Origin: an uncultured virus (IMG/VR IMGVR_UViG_3300046532_001410)
Taxonomy: Duplodnaviria; Heunggongvirae; Uroviricota; Caudoviricetes
Reading direction: 5' to 3' (one strand)
Virus record (IMG/VR): IMGVR_UViG_3300046532_001410
DNA: 64,000 bases
A program made the translations under genes and the position numbers. Below are positions 38,756 to 47,921 of this stretch, piece after piece. Within the stretch, counting starts at the first letter, position 1; every line of letters starts with the position of its first letter. The notes under the pieces were generated by a model. That model was not told the origin of the DNA. It saw only the letters and a program-made list of their open reading frames with translations, and made no database searches.

Positions 38756-40567
38756 ATGGCTGATAAAACATTATTTGGGAGATTAAGACGATTATTTAGT
38801 ACTAATGTAATCGTGAGAAACGTAGGCGGTAAAAAACTAAAAGTTGCCGATACAGACCAAATACAACGACAAATGAAATCACATCTTGTAGATAGATATT
38901 CTAAAGTACATAGTGGATTACAACTAAATAATACTGGATATTCTAATTATGCACAATTACAGGCTGCAAGGACTGGATTATTTACAGAGTATGAATCTAT
39001 GGAATCGGATTCAATCATATCATCTGCACTGGATATCTATTCAGATGAATCAACAATGAAAAATCCATATGGAGAAGTGTTGGAAGTTCAGAGTGATGAT
39101 GAAAATATTAAAGAAATTCTACATAATCTATTCTATGATATAATGAATATTGAATTTAACTTATGGCCTTGGGTTAGAAACCTAACTAAGTATGGTGATT
39201 TCTTTTTATATTTAGATGTACAAGATAAGTACGGAATTACAAATGTTGTTCCATTATCCCCATATGAATTGATACGTTCAGAAGGCGAAGACCCAGAGAA
39301 TCCATATTATACTAAATTTTATTTAGAAGCAATGGAAGCTGCACATCCTTATTTTGCAAAAAAATCAAACGGAACAAAAATAGAATTTGAAAACTTTCAA
39401 GTTGCTCACTTTAGATTATCTAATGATAGTAATTTATTACCATATGGTAAATCAATGTTAGAAGGAGCTCGTAAGACTTGGAAACAGATTACATTGATGG
39501 AAGATGCTATGTTAATTCATAGAATTATGAGAGCACCTGAAAAACGTGTATTTAAAATTGATATTGGTAATATTCCACCAAATGAAGTGGATAACTATAT
39601 GCAAAAGATAGTCAATAAGATGAAGAAAACACCATTTATTGATGAAAATACTGGTGATTATAATTTAAAATTTAATATACAAAATTTAACTGAGGATTTC
39701 TTCTTACCAGTTCGTGGTGGAGATAGTGGAACAAGTATAGAATCCACTCCTGGAATGACATATGAAACAACCGAGGATATTGAATATCTAAAGAATCGTA
39801 TGTTAGCAGCATTACACGTACCAAAAGCATTTCTTGGATATGAGGAATCACTTGGAAGTAAAGCAACATTGGCTGCAGAAGATGTAAGGTTTGCAAGAAC
39901 GATTGAAAGAATACAAAGAATCGTAGTTAGTGAATTAACAAAGATTGCGGTTGTACATTTATATTCACAAGGATATACAGATGCACAATTGGTAAACTTT
40001 GAGTTGAATCTAACCAACCCATCTACAATATATGAACAAGAAAAGATTGAACTATGGAGTAACAAAGTTAATCTTGCTCGTGATATGAAAGATAACTCAT
40101 TATTACCGAGTGAGTGGGTTTATAAAAATGTATTTAATTTCTCAGATGACCAAATTAAAGACCTTGAAAAGGGATTGGTTCAAGACCAAAAAGAGAAGTT
40201 CAGATACTCACAAATTGAAAATGAAGGTAATGACCCTAAAGAAAGTGGAGATTCAGTTGGTACACCAAGTGATATGGCAACTGCTGCACCAGATGAAGGT
40301 GGGGATGCAGAAACTCCCGCAGGTTCAGTCTGGGACCAAGAAGAAGTTGCTGATGGGGTGGGTAGACCAAAAGAAGTTCCAAGTTATGGAAAAGATGGGA
40401 GTGCTCGTGATAGAGACCCAATTGGCAAACATGGAAAACGTATGGCTTTAGCTCATTATGATGCCTTAAAAAAATCATTTGGGGGTAAAGGTAAGGAATT
40501 ACTTAGGGAAACCGCCGACAGTGAAGAATTAAATCAAGAATATAAAGAATTTACGGATAAGAAATAG
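38756..40567 (+). CDS. Portal protein (T4 gp20-like)
   Basis: LMEDAMLIHRIMRAPEKRVFKIDIGN, EDFFLPVRGG and ALHVPK; directly follows terminase. Confidence 0.95.
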   Translation: MADKTLFGRLRRLFSTNVIVRNVGGKKLKVADTDQIQRQMKSHLVDRYSKVHSGLQLNNTGYSNYAQLQAARTGLFTEYESMESDSIISSALDIYSDESTMKNPYGEVLEVQSDDENIKEILHNLFYDIMNIEFNLWPWVRNLTKYGDFFLYLDVQDKYGITNVVPLSPYELIRSEGEDPENPYYTKFYLEAMEAAHPYFAKKSNGTKIEFENFQVAHFRLSNDSNLLPYGKSMLEGARKTWKQITLMEDAMLIHRIMRAPEKRVFKIDIGNIPPNEVDNYMQKIVNKMKKTPFIDENTGDYNLKFNIQNLTEDFFLPVRGGDSGTSIESTPGMTYETTEDIEYLKNRMLAALHVPKAFLGYEESLGSKATLAAEDVRFARTIERIQRIVVSELTKIAVVHLYSQGYTDAQLVNFELNLTNPSTIYEQEKIELWSNKVNLARDMKDNSLLPSEWVYKNVFNFSDDQIKDLEKGLVQDQKEKFRYSQIENEGNDPKESGDSVGTPSDMATAAPDEGGDAETPAGSVWDQEEVADGVGRPKEVPSYGKDGSARDRDPIGKHGKRMALAHYDALKKSFGGKGKELLRETADSEELNQEYKEFTDKK

Positions 40568-40586
40568 CGAATTATTTGAAGTTTTT

Positions 40587-40594
40587 ATATTTAT
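40587..40594 (+). promoter_or_regulatory. ATATTTAT motif, putative late promoter
   Basis: Intergenic after portal; GGAG and start codon downstream. Confidence 0.6.
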
Positions 40595-40628
40595 ATATGG
40601 TACGAATATTTAACAATGGAGTGTATTG

Positions 40629-41492
40629 ATGTCAAGCAACAGAAAGCATAATAAAATAAAAAATACAGGTCTTTTATTCGAACTTTTAACGAGGCAGATA
40701 ACTGTCGACGTATTAAATAGTTCAGATGATTCATCTGCAATAAAAATTCTTAAAGAGTTTTTCAACCCAAAAACAGAATTGGGTAAAGAATATGAACTTT
40801 ATAAGATACTTTTAGAAAAGAAGTATTCTAAAAGTGAACAGGCTAATATACTAATAGAAGCAGTAACTAAAAATCGAAGAAAATTATCTAATCGCAGATT
40901 AAAAAACGAGAAGTATAATCTAATTAAAACGATTAAAGAAAATTATTCAGTAGTTGATTTTTTCAATACTAAAATACCGAATTATAAAATCTTGGCATCT
41001 ATTTATAATGTATTTGAATTGGAATCGGCTAAACTCGATATTACACCAATTGAGGAAACTGATAGTAAAGTAACTATCATTGAGACAGTATGTACTGCTC
41101 CAACGAAAAAATCTATTAAGAAACATCTTATGGAATCCCAAGAAGAAGATTTACGTTTACTTACTTATCAATTATTAGTTGATAAATTTAACAAAAAATA
41201 CAGCACTTTAAATGAACATCAAAAGAATTTATTAAGAGAATACATAAACAACCTTTCCAATACTAATTCATTAAGGGAGTTCATTGATACTGAAGTTATA
41301 AAAGTTAAGAGAATCTTAAAAGCTCACTTAAATAAAGTGAATGATAAGATAACTAAAATAAAACTAAATGAAGCAATTATACATACAGAAACTTCTACAA
41401 GTGGTAAGTTTGTAAAAGATTCGCATGTTGTTTCATTGATGAGGTATTACGAACTTATTAAGGAGTTAGATAATGTCCACAAAATTAAGTAG
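40629..41492 (+). CDS. Head-module hypothetical protein (possible prohead core component)
   Basis: Helical 287-aa ORF (KHNKIKNTGLLFELL) between portal and protease. Confidence 0.6.
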   Translation: MSSNRKHNKIKNTGLLFELLTRQITVDVLNSSDDSSAIKILKEFFNPKTELGKEYELYKILLEKKYSKSEQANILIEAVTKNRRKLSNRRLKNEKYNLIKTIKENYSVVDFFNTKIPNYKILASIYNVFELESAKLDITPIEETDSKVTIIETVCTAPTKKSIKKHLMESQEEDLRLLTYQLLVDKFNKKYSTLNEHQKNLLREYINNLSNTNSLREFIDTEVIKVKRILKAHLNKVNDKITKIKLNEAIIHTETSTSGKFVKDSHVVSLMRYYELIKELDNVHKIK

Positions 41493-42150
41493 AAAAACAT
41501 TAAGAGAATTACTTCGTACATTAATTATGAAAGAGATAGAAGAAGCTTCAACAACTACATCAGCAGGTGGTTCAACTGGTAATGGTATTCATTATGATAT
41601 ACCAGCTGCCTTTGATAAAAAGACTAAATCCGGCCACAAAGACCCAGAAGAAGCAGGATATAAAAAAGTAATTGAAGGTCTAACTGAAGGTCAAAAAAGA
41701 GATTATCATAATGCATACATAAAGTATTATAGAGCATATCAAGCTTTTGCAGGAGAAACTATGGACTTAGGTAAAACTATTTCTAAATTTAGTGGCGAGA
41801 AAACAGATGAAAAAATTATTATAAAGAATTTTAAAAAATATGTCATTCCCTTTGCTGGTTTAATGAATAGTTGGGATAAAGGACAACAAAAGAATCCAGG
41901 GTTAAATGAAGGTCATTATACACAATATCGTAATGATAATACTTTAACGGCTAAACAAAAAATTGGTATATCAATGAGAGAGGTTAGGGATAAACTAACT
42001 GAATTAAGTAAACTTATTGATATGAATGTTAAATTAAAAAATGAGTTAAGTGTAGATTCAAAATCATATTGGAAGAACACACATAAAGCAATGAGTAAAA
42101 TTTCGGAGAGATTAGTCAAACTCGCTAACAAAGTAGGGAAACTACAATGA
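41473..42150 (+). CDS. Modular putative internal head protein
   Basis: Segments delimited by IEE-A, VIE-G/LTE-G and LNE-G. Confidence 0.55.
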   Translation: MSTKLSRKTLRELLRTLIMKEIEEASTTTSAGGSTGNGIHYDIPAAFDKKTKSGHKDPEEAGYKKVIEGLTEGQKRDYHNAYIKYYRAYQAFAGETMDLGKTISKFSGEKTDEKIIIKNFKKYVIPFAGLMNSWDKGQQKNPGLNEGHYTQYRNDNTLTAKQKIGISMREVRDKLTELSKLIDMNVKLKNELSVDSKSYWKNTHKAMSKISERLVKLANKVGKLQ

Positions 42151-43016
42151 ACGATAAATATTTAAAAGAATCAATAGATGTACTGAATAGAGACTTTGGT
42201 TCACCATTAGTTACTCTTGAAGATACAATAAAAGCTCACAAATTAAAAAAAGAGGGTGGAGCAGGAAGTGGTAGACCAACTAAAGATGGTTCTGCAAAAG
42301 ATATCGAAAAGAAAGCTATGAAAGCAGCAGACGACGCTAATGCTAAAATGGATGCAGCTGAAAAAACTAAAAAAAATGAATCAGATTTAGGACTTACCTA
42401 TAAAAAAGGTAAGACAATAACAGTCAAACATAAGAAATCCGGAAAAGAATTGGTTATTATAGATAAACCAAGTGTAAAACGGGAATATGAAAAAATAGGA
42501 TTTTATGCTGAATCGGTAAACGAGGATACTATAACTGAAAATCCTGCAGCACTTGCTGCTACCGCTGCGATGGTTCAAATGAAAGCTAAAAATCCAAAAA
42601 CGGGTCGTGTAAATAAACTAACTACCGCATTGAGTGATAAATCACATCCCGCACACAAAAAAGCAAAAGGGGTATTTGCAAAGTTAATAGATAAATTTAA
42701 AAAGAAAAAAGAAGAACCTAAATCAAAAGGATTAACTCCAGACCAATCAAAAGCACAAGCAAAAGCTATGGGTATTTCGGTAGGAGAATCAATTACTGAA
42801 GGCCCAGATGATGTAAGGTTTGCAAGAAGAGCATTATCTAAACTTGCTAAAACAGAAACAAAATTTAGAAAAGAAATGTATGAATTAGAACAAGCATTCC
42901 TTAGAGACCCACGTGATGAAAATCAGAAATTGGCTAAAGAAATAAAGAGGTCATATAAAAATGGGGTAACCAAGTTTATGAGAGATTCAATAGACATGAT
43001 TAAAAGGATGAAATAA
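42147..43016 (+). CDS. Modular Lys-rich putative internal head protein
   Basis: Segments delimited by LKE-S, KKE-G, KNE-S, ESVNE, ITE-N and ESITE-G. Confidence 0.55.
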   Translation: MNDKYLKESIDVLNRDFGSPLVTLEDTIKAHKLKKEGGAGSGRPTKDGSAKDIEKKAMKAADDANAKMDAAEKTKKNESDLGLTYKKGKTITVKHKKSGKELVIIDKPSVKREYEKIGFYAESVNEDTITENPAALAATAAMVQMKAKNPKTGRVNKLTTALSDKSHPAHKKAKGVFAKLIDKFKKKKEEPKSKGLTPDQSKAQAKAMGISVGESITEGPDDVRFARRALSKLAKTETKFRKEMYELEQAFLRDPRDENQKLAKEIKRSYKNGVTKFMRDSIDMIKRMK

Positions 43017-43017
43017 G

Positions 43018-43641
43018 ATGAGAAGTTTAATTGTAGATTACATACCATTTGAGATATCAACAACCCAAATTAATGAATCCATTAAGGAAAATAATGGTAA
43101 GTTGGTAGTTAAAGGTGTTTTACAGAGAGCAGATGCAAAGAATCAAAATGGAAGAATATATCCAATGGAGATTCTAACAAGAGAAGCACAGAATTATAAT
43201 GATGGATTTATTAAACAGAAAAGAGCATTGGGTGAGTTAGACCATCCAGATTCATCAGTAGTGAATTTACAGAATGTATCACACAATATTACTGAAATGC
43301 ATTTTGAGGGTGATAGTTTATTGGGGACAGTAGAAATTTTAACTACACCGAGTGGAAATATTTTAAGAGAATTATTTAAGAATGGTATTAAGTTAGGTAT
43401 CAGTTCTCGTGGAATGGGGTCAGTTGAGACTGTACAAGAAGCAGATGGTAAACAACCAGTAATGAAAGTTGGACAAGACTTTGAATTGATTGCATTTGAT
43501 TTTGTATCAAACCCATCAACACATGGTGCGTTTTTACATCCAGTCAATGAGGGTGTATCACAACCACTAACACAAGGTAGAACTTGTGGTACTTATTGTA
43601 AAGCAGAAGATATTATTAACAAGATTATAAGAGGAGAGTAA
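43018..43641 (+). CDS. Prohead protease (T4 gp21-like)
   Basis: NQNGRIYP, ALGELDHP, GISSRGMGS and FDFVSNPST. Confidence 0.95.
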   Translation: MRSLIVDYIPFEISTTQINESIKENNGKLVVKGVLQRADAKNQNGRIYPMEILTREAQNYNDGFIKQKRALGELDHPDSSVVNLQNVSHNITEMHFEGDSLLGTVEILTTPSGNILRELFKNGIKLGISSRGMGSVETVQEADGKQPVMKVGQDFELIAFDFVSNPSTHGAFLHPVNEGVSQPLTQGRTCGTYCKAEDIINKIIRGE

Positions 43642-43642
43642 G

Positions 43643-43837
43643 ATGCCTGGATTAGAAGAAATGCCAATACCAAATAATGGTAAAATAACACCACCAACTC
43701 ATACAGAATTAGCAGATGGTGCTGATGCAGTAACACCACAAGAGGGTAAAAAAGGATTAGAAACTTTTGCAATACCAGCTACAGGTCAACCGAATAAAGC
43801 TTTTGGGGATGGAACCGCTGGTTCTAATAACGGATAA
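43643..43837 (+). CDS. Small hypothetical protein
   Basis: GAGGAG upstream; fills the gap; weak internal duplication (GLEEMPIP/GLETFAIP). Confidence 0.6.
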   Translation: MPGLEEMPIPNNGKITPPTHTELADGADAVTPQEGKKGLETFAIPATGQPNKAFGDGTAGSNNG

Positions 43838-43841
43838 TAAA

Positions 43842-45095
43842 ATGGCTAATTCAACAGATTCTAAAATCGTAGAAGCTAAATGGGCAGTTACTATCGATGG
43901 TGTAGGTAAACTTATCATTGATGCTACCGGAGCTGGACAAGCAAAATCAATGGCTGGTAGAAGTTTGAAAAAAGGTATGAAGGATATTGTAGGTGTACAA
44001 AGAGTACAAAGTGCATTTGGTAAACAGATTGATAAAAAAATAGAATCCGTAGTTGAGGGAAGATTAAGTTCCTATCAAAAGAAAGCTATATTAATTGCTA
44101 TACAAATGAGTGGTAATATGACGAATGCTGTTAAGAAAATTGAAAAAATTAAAAAGGGTTTATCTAAAGATAAAAAAGTAAAAGATGCTCTTCGACTTGC
44201 AAATGAATCAGTTCGTGTTCTGGCTATAAAAGAGGGTGTAAAAACATCCAAAGCTTTTAATAATTTTCAGAAATCTCGTAGTAGTTTCTTAGAGAGATGG
44301 GGTAAACTCAAAAAACAATTAAATACTATAAAAACAGAATCCCCAAATAATGAATATTTGAGATTAGAAAAACAATTATATAAATTTGAAACTGCATTCA
44401 TAGAACAATCGGCTAAGATTATGAGTTCTGTTTCAAAGATATCCAAGAGTAATCTAACTGAATCCGTAAATAAAGGAAAACTTTCAGAAGATTACAAAAA
44501 CTCTGAATGGGAAGTATATGTTGCTGATGAAAATGGTAAAGAAAAAATTGTGAAAAAAGCTAAATCTAAAAGAGCTGGAGTTATTCTTTACAATAAATTA
44601 ATTAATTCAGATAAATATCACGAAGTTGGAATGAGAGTAGTAAAAGAATCCGTAAACGAAGGAGATGGTTTATGGGCAAACATAAGAGCTAAGAAAGCTA
44701 GAGGTGAGAAACCTGCGCATAAAAACTCAAAAGCTCATAAGGATGCAGTTAAAGCAGGTGATAAGATTGAAAAAGAAGAATCAGTTGTAAATGAAGCAAG
44801 TTTGGACCCAAAACAATTACTACGACAATTAGGTGGTAATAAATTTATAGCAATGACAGGAGCAAAAAATCTCGCAGTTGATAAATCAAAAAATGAACTA
44901 CATATGAAAATAGGTAGAAATTCAAAAAGTATATCACACGTCATCATTAAATTGACATCCGCGGATTTATACAATATGGAATTTTTAAGTATTCGCGGGA
45001 GTTCAAGAAAAATTAAATCTAAAGAAAAGGGAGTTTATGCCGACCAATTGGGTAAGATGTTTACAAAGAACACCGGCTTAAACGTAAGATTATAG
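43842..45095 (+). CDS. Modular basic polyprotein-like putative head cargo (about six modules)
   Basis: Linkers IVE-A, ESVVE-G, ANESV, IKE-G, LTESVN/LSE-D, ESVNE-G and ESVVNE-A. ATG 43842 preferred. Confidence 0.65.
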   Translation: MANSTDSKIVEAKWAVTIDGVGKLIIDATGAGQAKSMAGRSLKKGMKDIVGVQRVQSAFGKQIDKKIESVVEGRLSSYQKKAILIAIQMSGNMTNAVKKIEKIKKGLSKDKKVKDALRLANESVRVLAIKEGVKTSKAFNNFQKSRSSFLERWGKLKKQLNTIKTESPNNEYLRLEKQLYKFETAFIEQSAKIMSSVSKISKSNLTESVNKGKLSEDYKNSEWEVYVADENGKEKIVKKAKSKRAGVILYNKLINSDKYHEVGMRVVKESVNEGDGLWANIRAKKARGEKPAHKNSKAHKDAVKAGDKIEKEESVVNEASLDPKQLLRQLGGNKFIAMTGAKNLAVDKSKNELHMKIGRNSKSISHVIIKLTSADLYNMEFLSIRGSSRKIKSKEKGVYADQLGKMFTKNTGLNVRL

Positions 45096-45104
45096 AAACT
45101 CGTG

Positions 45105-45659
45105 ATGATTAAATTAAAAAGTTTATTGTCTGAGAGTACTATGAGTCCATCTGATTTTAAGGTAGTTATAGATGCTGCTAAAAAAGCAACTGGTACTAAG
45201 GAGAAGATAGCATCGGGTACAATAAAACTTTGTACACAAGTTAAGAAAGATGGTTTTCACAAAATTGATTATAAGGGTAAACCTGGTAAGGCAAGAGAAC
45301 CACATAAACTTATGTATCAGTATTATGCGTATGTTCAAGGTTGGGGACATAGTAAATATAAAAATGATTTTGCTTGGAGAAGTGATAAAGGTGATAAACT
45401 TTTAAATTGGATTCAAACATCGGGTAAATATTCAAGTCCATTTGATTATGATTATTTAAAAAAGCATGTTAATTCTGATATGCAAGCATCCCAAATTGTA
45501 TCAGATATTAGACCTGGCTCAAAAGATTCAGAACCAGCATACTATTTAGTGAAGAGTTATTATAATGCATTTGGTTCAGAGAGAAACACATATGTACATG
45601 ACCAAGTAATTAACAAAGTTGCTTGGTGGTTAAAGAAACATAAGGTTGAAACATTATGA
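45105..45659 (+). CDS. Hypothetical protein with MIKL...SE leader
   Basis: N-terminus MIKLKSLLSES. Confidence 0.65.
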   Translation: MIKLKSLLSESTMSPSDFKVVIDAAKKATGTKEKIASGTIKLCTQVKKDGFHKIDYKGKPGKAREPHKLMYQYYAYVQGWGHSKYKNDFAWRSDKGDKLLNWIQTSGKYSSPFDYDYLKKHVNSDMQASQIVSDIRPGSKDSEPAYYLVKSYYNAFGSERNTYVHDQVINKVAWWLKKHKVETL

Positions 45660-45862
45660 TTAAATTAAAACAATTATTAGAATTAAAATATATTGACCAA
45701 GAAGATGCTGGTAAAGCTATAAATTATGCACTTGAAGAACTTGAGGGTTCATTGAAAAAAATTAGAAACCCAGAAAAATGGGCAGAAAAATACCATAGAA
45801 GTCTACCAGGAGTAATTGAGATGGTAGAAAGATTAACTAAAATATTTGGGAGAATGAAATGA
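45656..45862 (+). CDS. Small protein with MIKL...LE leader
   Basis: N-terminus MIKLKQLLEL; ATGA coupling. Confidence 0.65.
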   Translation: MIKLKQLLELKYIDQEDAGKAINYALEELEGSLKKIRNPEKWAEKYHRSLPGVIEMVERLTKIFGRMK

Positions 45863-46113
45863 GTAATATGAAAGAAACTTTTGAACGAATTGGCGGTGGT
45901 AAAATAAACACCCAGATAAACGAAATCAGTACGGGTTGGAAAAAATATAAAGTCTATGATATTAGTGATAAGTTGTGGAAAGAAATGAAATACGATTTAA
46001 GAGACCAGTTTGATGAATTGGTAAAGATTGGTGCAGATTATGGTGTATTTCAAAATGCCCAAGGTACTGCTAAGATTTTAAAGCAAATTAAACGATTGAT
46101 GCATAAGCTATAA
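45859..46113 (+). CDS. Small hypothetical protein
   Basis: ATGA coupling; leader ending QINE-I. Confidence 0.6.
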   Translation: MSNMKETFERIGGGKINTQINEISTGWKKYKVYDISDKLWKEMKYDLRDQFDELVKIGADYGVFQNAQGTAKILKQIKRLMHKL

Positions 46114-46400
46114 TGTTAAAATTAAAAGAGATTCTAACAGAAAAGAAAGAACTTGGTGGAGCTCTTATTAATAAAATAGAGCAACTTACTGATAGAAATG
46201 CCCATACAGAAGCTAGAATGACTTTAGCAAAAGAAGTAGATAAAAATTTATTGAAAGCGTATGAAGGACTTAATATAGTTCAAGATTATTTAAGACGAGC
46301 AAATGAAACAAATATTGCCCGAGATGCATTAGACAAAAAACTATTTGCATTTGCTAAAAAGAAATTTAGTGATTATGATGCAATCAATGGAGCATTTTAA
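46113..46400 (+). CDS. Small protein with MLKL...TE leader
   Basis: N-terminus MLKLKEILTEK; TAATG coupling. Confidence 0.65.
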   Translation: MLKLKEILTEKKELGGALINKIEQLTDRNAHTEARMTLAKEVDKNLLKAYEGLNIVQDYLRRANETNIARDALDKKLFAFAKKKFSDYDAINGAF

Positions 46401-47311
46401 TGATAAAATTAACGAAATTAATAAAGGAAGAGTGTTCTTGTGATGAAGATTGTTGTTCAACAAAGTTGAATGAAAATATGGAAATGGGTAAAGTATTTAC
46501 TGGTGGTGGTTTTGCATTTAAGAACGAAGAATTTGATGACGTAAATGAAAATATACTCAAACAAATTCAACAGGCAGAAAAGATAGCTAAATCAATGGCT
46601 GGTAATATGACAGGAGCTGTTAAGGGGATTGAAAAAATTAGAAGAGGATTATCACGTCATAAGCGAGTAAAGATAGCACTTAAAAAATATAATGAACAAG
46701 AAGAGAACGATTATCTTGGTAAGGATTATATTAAAAATGAATCCCTTAAAGGTGGTTCACTACCCAATAAAGAAAAAGATTTCAAAAAAATTAAAAAAGT
46801 AAAAGCTGAACCAGATTCACAAAAAGGAAAAAATTATTCAACATCTACTTTCACCAAACATCACGCAGGTTCAATGGGTGCAGGAGCTATGGGTAAAATA
46901 GCAGAACCAGACACTTATGATTGGGATGATTCTGGAAGCGAACCTAACCCAGGTGGCCACCAAACAAAGAAAAATAAAAAGAAAACAGGATATGAACCAG
47001 TAGAAGGAGTAGAAGAAAGTCTTTACAATGTATCCCAAGATATGAAAGATGGGAAGTTCGATGTGAAGAATCCACAAGTACATATATCAGGATATGGTGT
47101 AACAAATTTAAAGACACTACGAGATAGTTTATCACGAAAATTTATAGATTTAGCTAAAAAAGCTAAAAAGGGTGATGTGGAAAACCTTGAATATTTACTG
47201 AAAAGAAATGGGGTTCTTATGGGATTTGTTGATGCATTAGTTGATGTAAATAAACAACTGAACTCTTCCCAAATGAAAAGAAAAATTACTATGTATAAGA
47301 GGAAACACTAA
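46400..47311 (+). CDS. Modular protein with MIKL...KE leader
   Basis: MIKLTKLIKEE; linkers LNE-N, VNE-N, YNE, KNE-S and VEE-S; shares a module with 43842..45095. Confidence 0.65.
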   Translation: MIKLTKLIKEECSCDEDCCSTKLNENMEMGKVFTGGGFAFKNEEFDDVNENILKQIQQAEKIAKSMAGNMTGAVKGIEKIRRGLSRHKRVKIALKKYNEQEENDYLGKDYIKNESLKGGSLPNKEKDFKKIKKVKAEPDSQKGKNYSTSTFTKHHAGSMGAGAMGKIAEPDTYDWDDSGSEPNPGGHQTKKNKKKTGYEPVEGVEESLYNVSQDMKDGKFDVKNPQVHISGYGVTNLKTLRDSLSRKFIDLAKKAKKGDVENLEYLLKRNGVLMGFVDALVDVNKQLNSSQMKRKITMYKRKH

Positions 47312-47541
47312 TGAAACACGATACAATCCGTAATATAAATACAAAGTGGAAAGACTGGAGATTACGTGAAGGTGATGAAACTGCTCTTCCAATGGTTCAA
47401 GCATTAAACACATTAGATGCTGATATCAGACGAGCTGATTATAACAAACAATTAGAGTGGGGTGCTAAAAATTCTAATAAAGTAAAAGAAATAATTAAAG
47501 CTGCAAATATGCTATCTAAGATTATGAAGAAACTAAAATGA
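47311..47541 (+). CDS. Small hypothetical protein
   Basis: TAATG/ATGA coupling; leader ending LRE-G. Confidence 0.6.
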   Translation: MKHDTIRNINTKWKDWRLREGDETALPMVQALNTLDADIRRADYNKQLEWGAKNSNKVKEIIKAANMLSKIMKKLK

Positions 47542-47891
47542 TTAAGTTAAAAGAATTAGTAGAGTTAGATGGATATACAGGCCCTAAACCAAAGGGAAAG
47601 TTTAATCCAGCAGGTATGAAGTATTCTAATAAAGAAGCTAAAAGCTTTGCAGAAGATGATGTAAAGAAGATGGGAACAGAATTAAATAAAGCTTCACAGA
47701 AATCAATCAGTATAATGTTAGGTAGTGTTAAGGATGGTAAGTATGATGCGATGGATATGATTCGTGCAATTAAATCAGGCGGTAAGAAAGCTGGTGATGT
47801 AAGTGCAGGAGTACCTGATATGTTGAATGTTTTGTGGAGTAAAGTAGAAAAAAGATTTCGTAAATATTTAGGTGGTAAAAAGCGTAGATAG
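47538..47891 (+). CDS. Small protein with MIKL...VE leader
   Basis: N-terminus MIKLKELVEL. Confidence 0.65.
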   Translation: MIKLKELVELDGYTGPKPKGKFNPAGMKYSNKEAKSFAEDDVKKMGTELNKASQKSISIMLGSVKDGKYDAMDMIRAIKSGGKKAGDVSAGVPDMLNVLWSKVEKRFRKYLGGKKRR

Positions 47892-47893
47892 TG

Positions 47894-47901
47894 ATATTTA
47901 T
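47894..47901 (+). promoter_or_regulatory. ATATTTAT motif, putative late promoter
   Basis: Intergenic; followed by AGGAG (47911-47915) and ATG 47922. Confidence 0.6.
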
Positions 47902-47921
47902 TACCGACAAAGGAGAATGTA

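Noticed and set aside
39881..42828. Exact 19-nt repeat gatgtaaggtttgcaagaa (DVRFAR) in portal (39881) and in 42147..43016 (42810)
   Set aside because: Single pair with no flanking similarity; a match of this length is not clearly beyond chance in 64 kb of AT-rich coding DNA.
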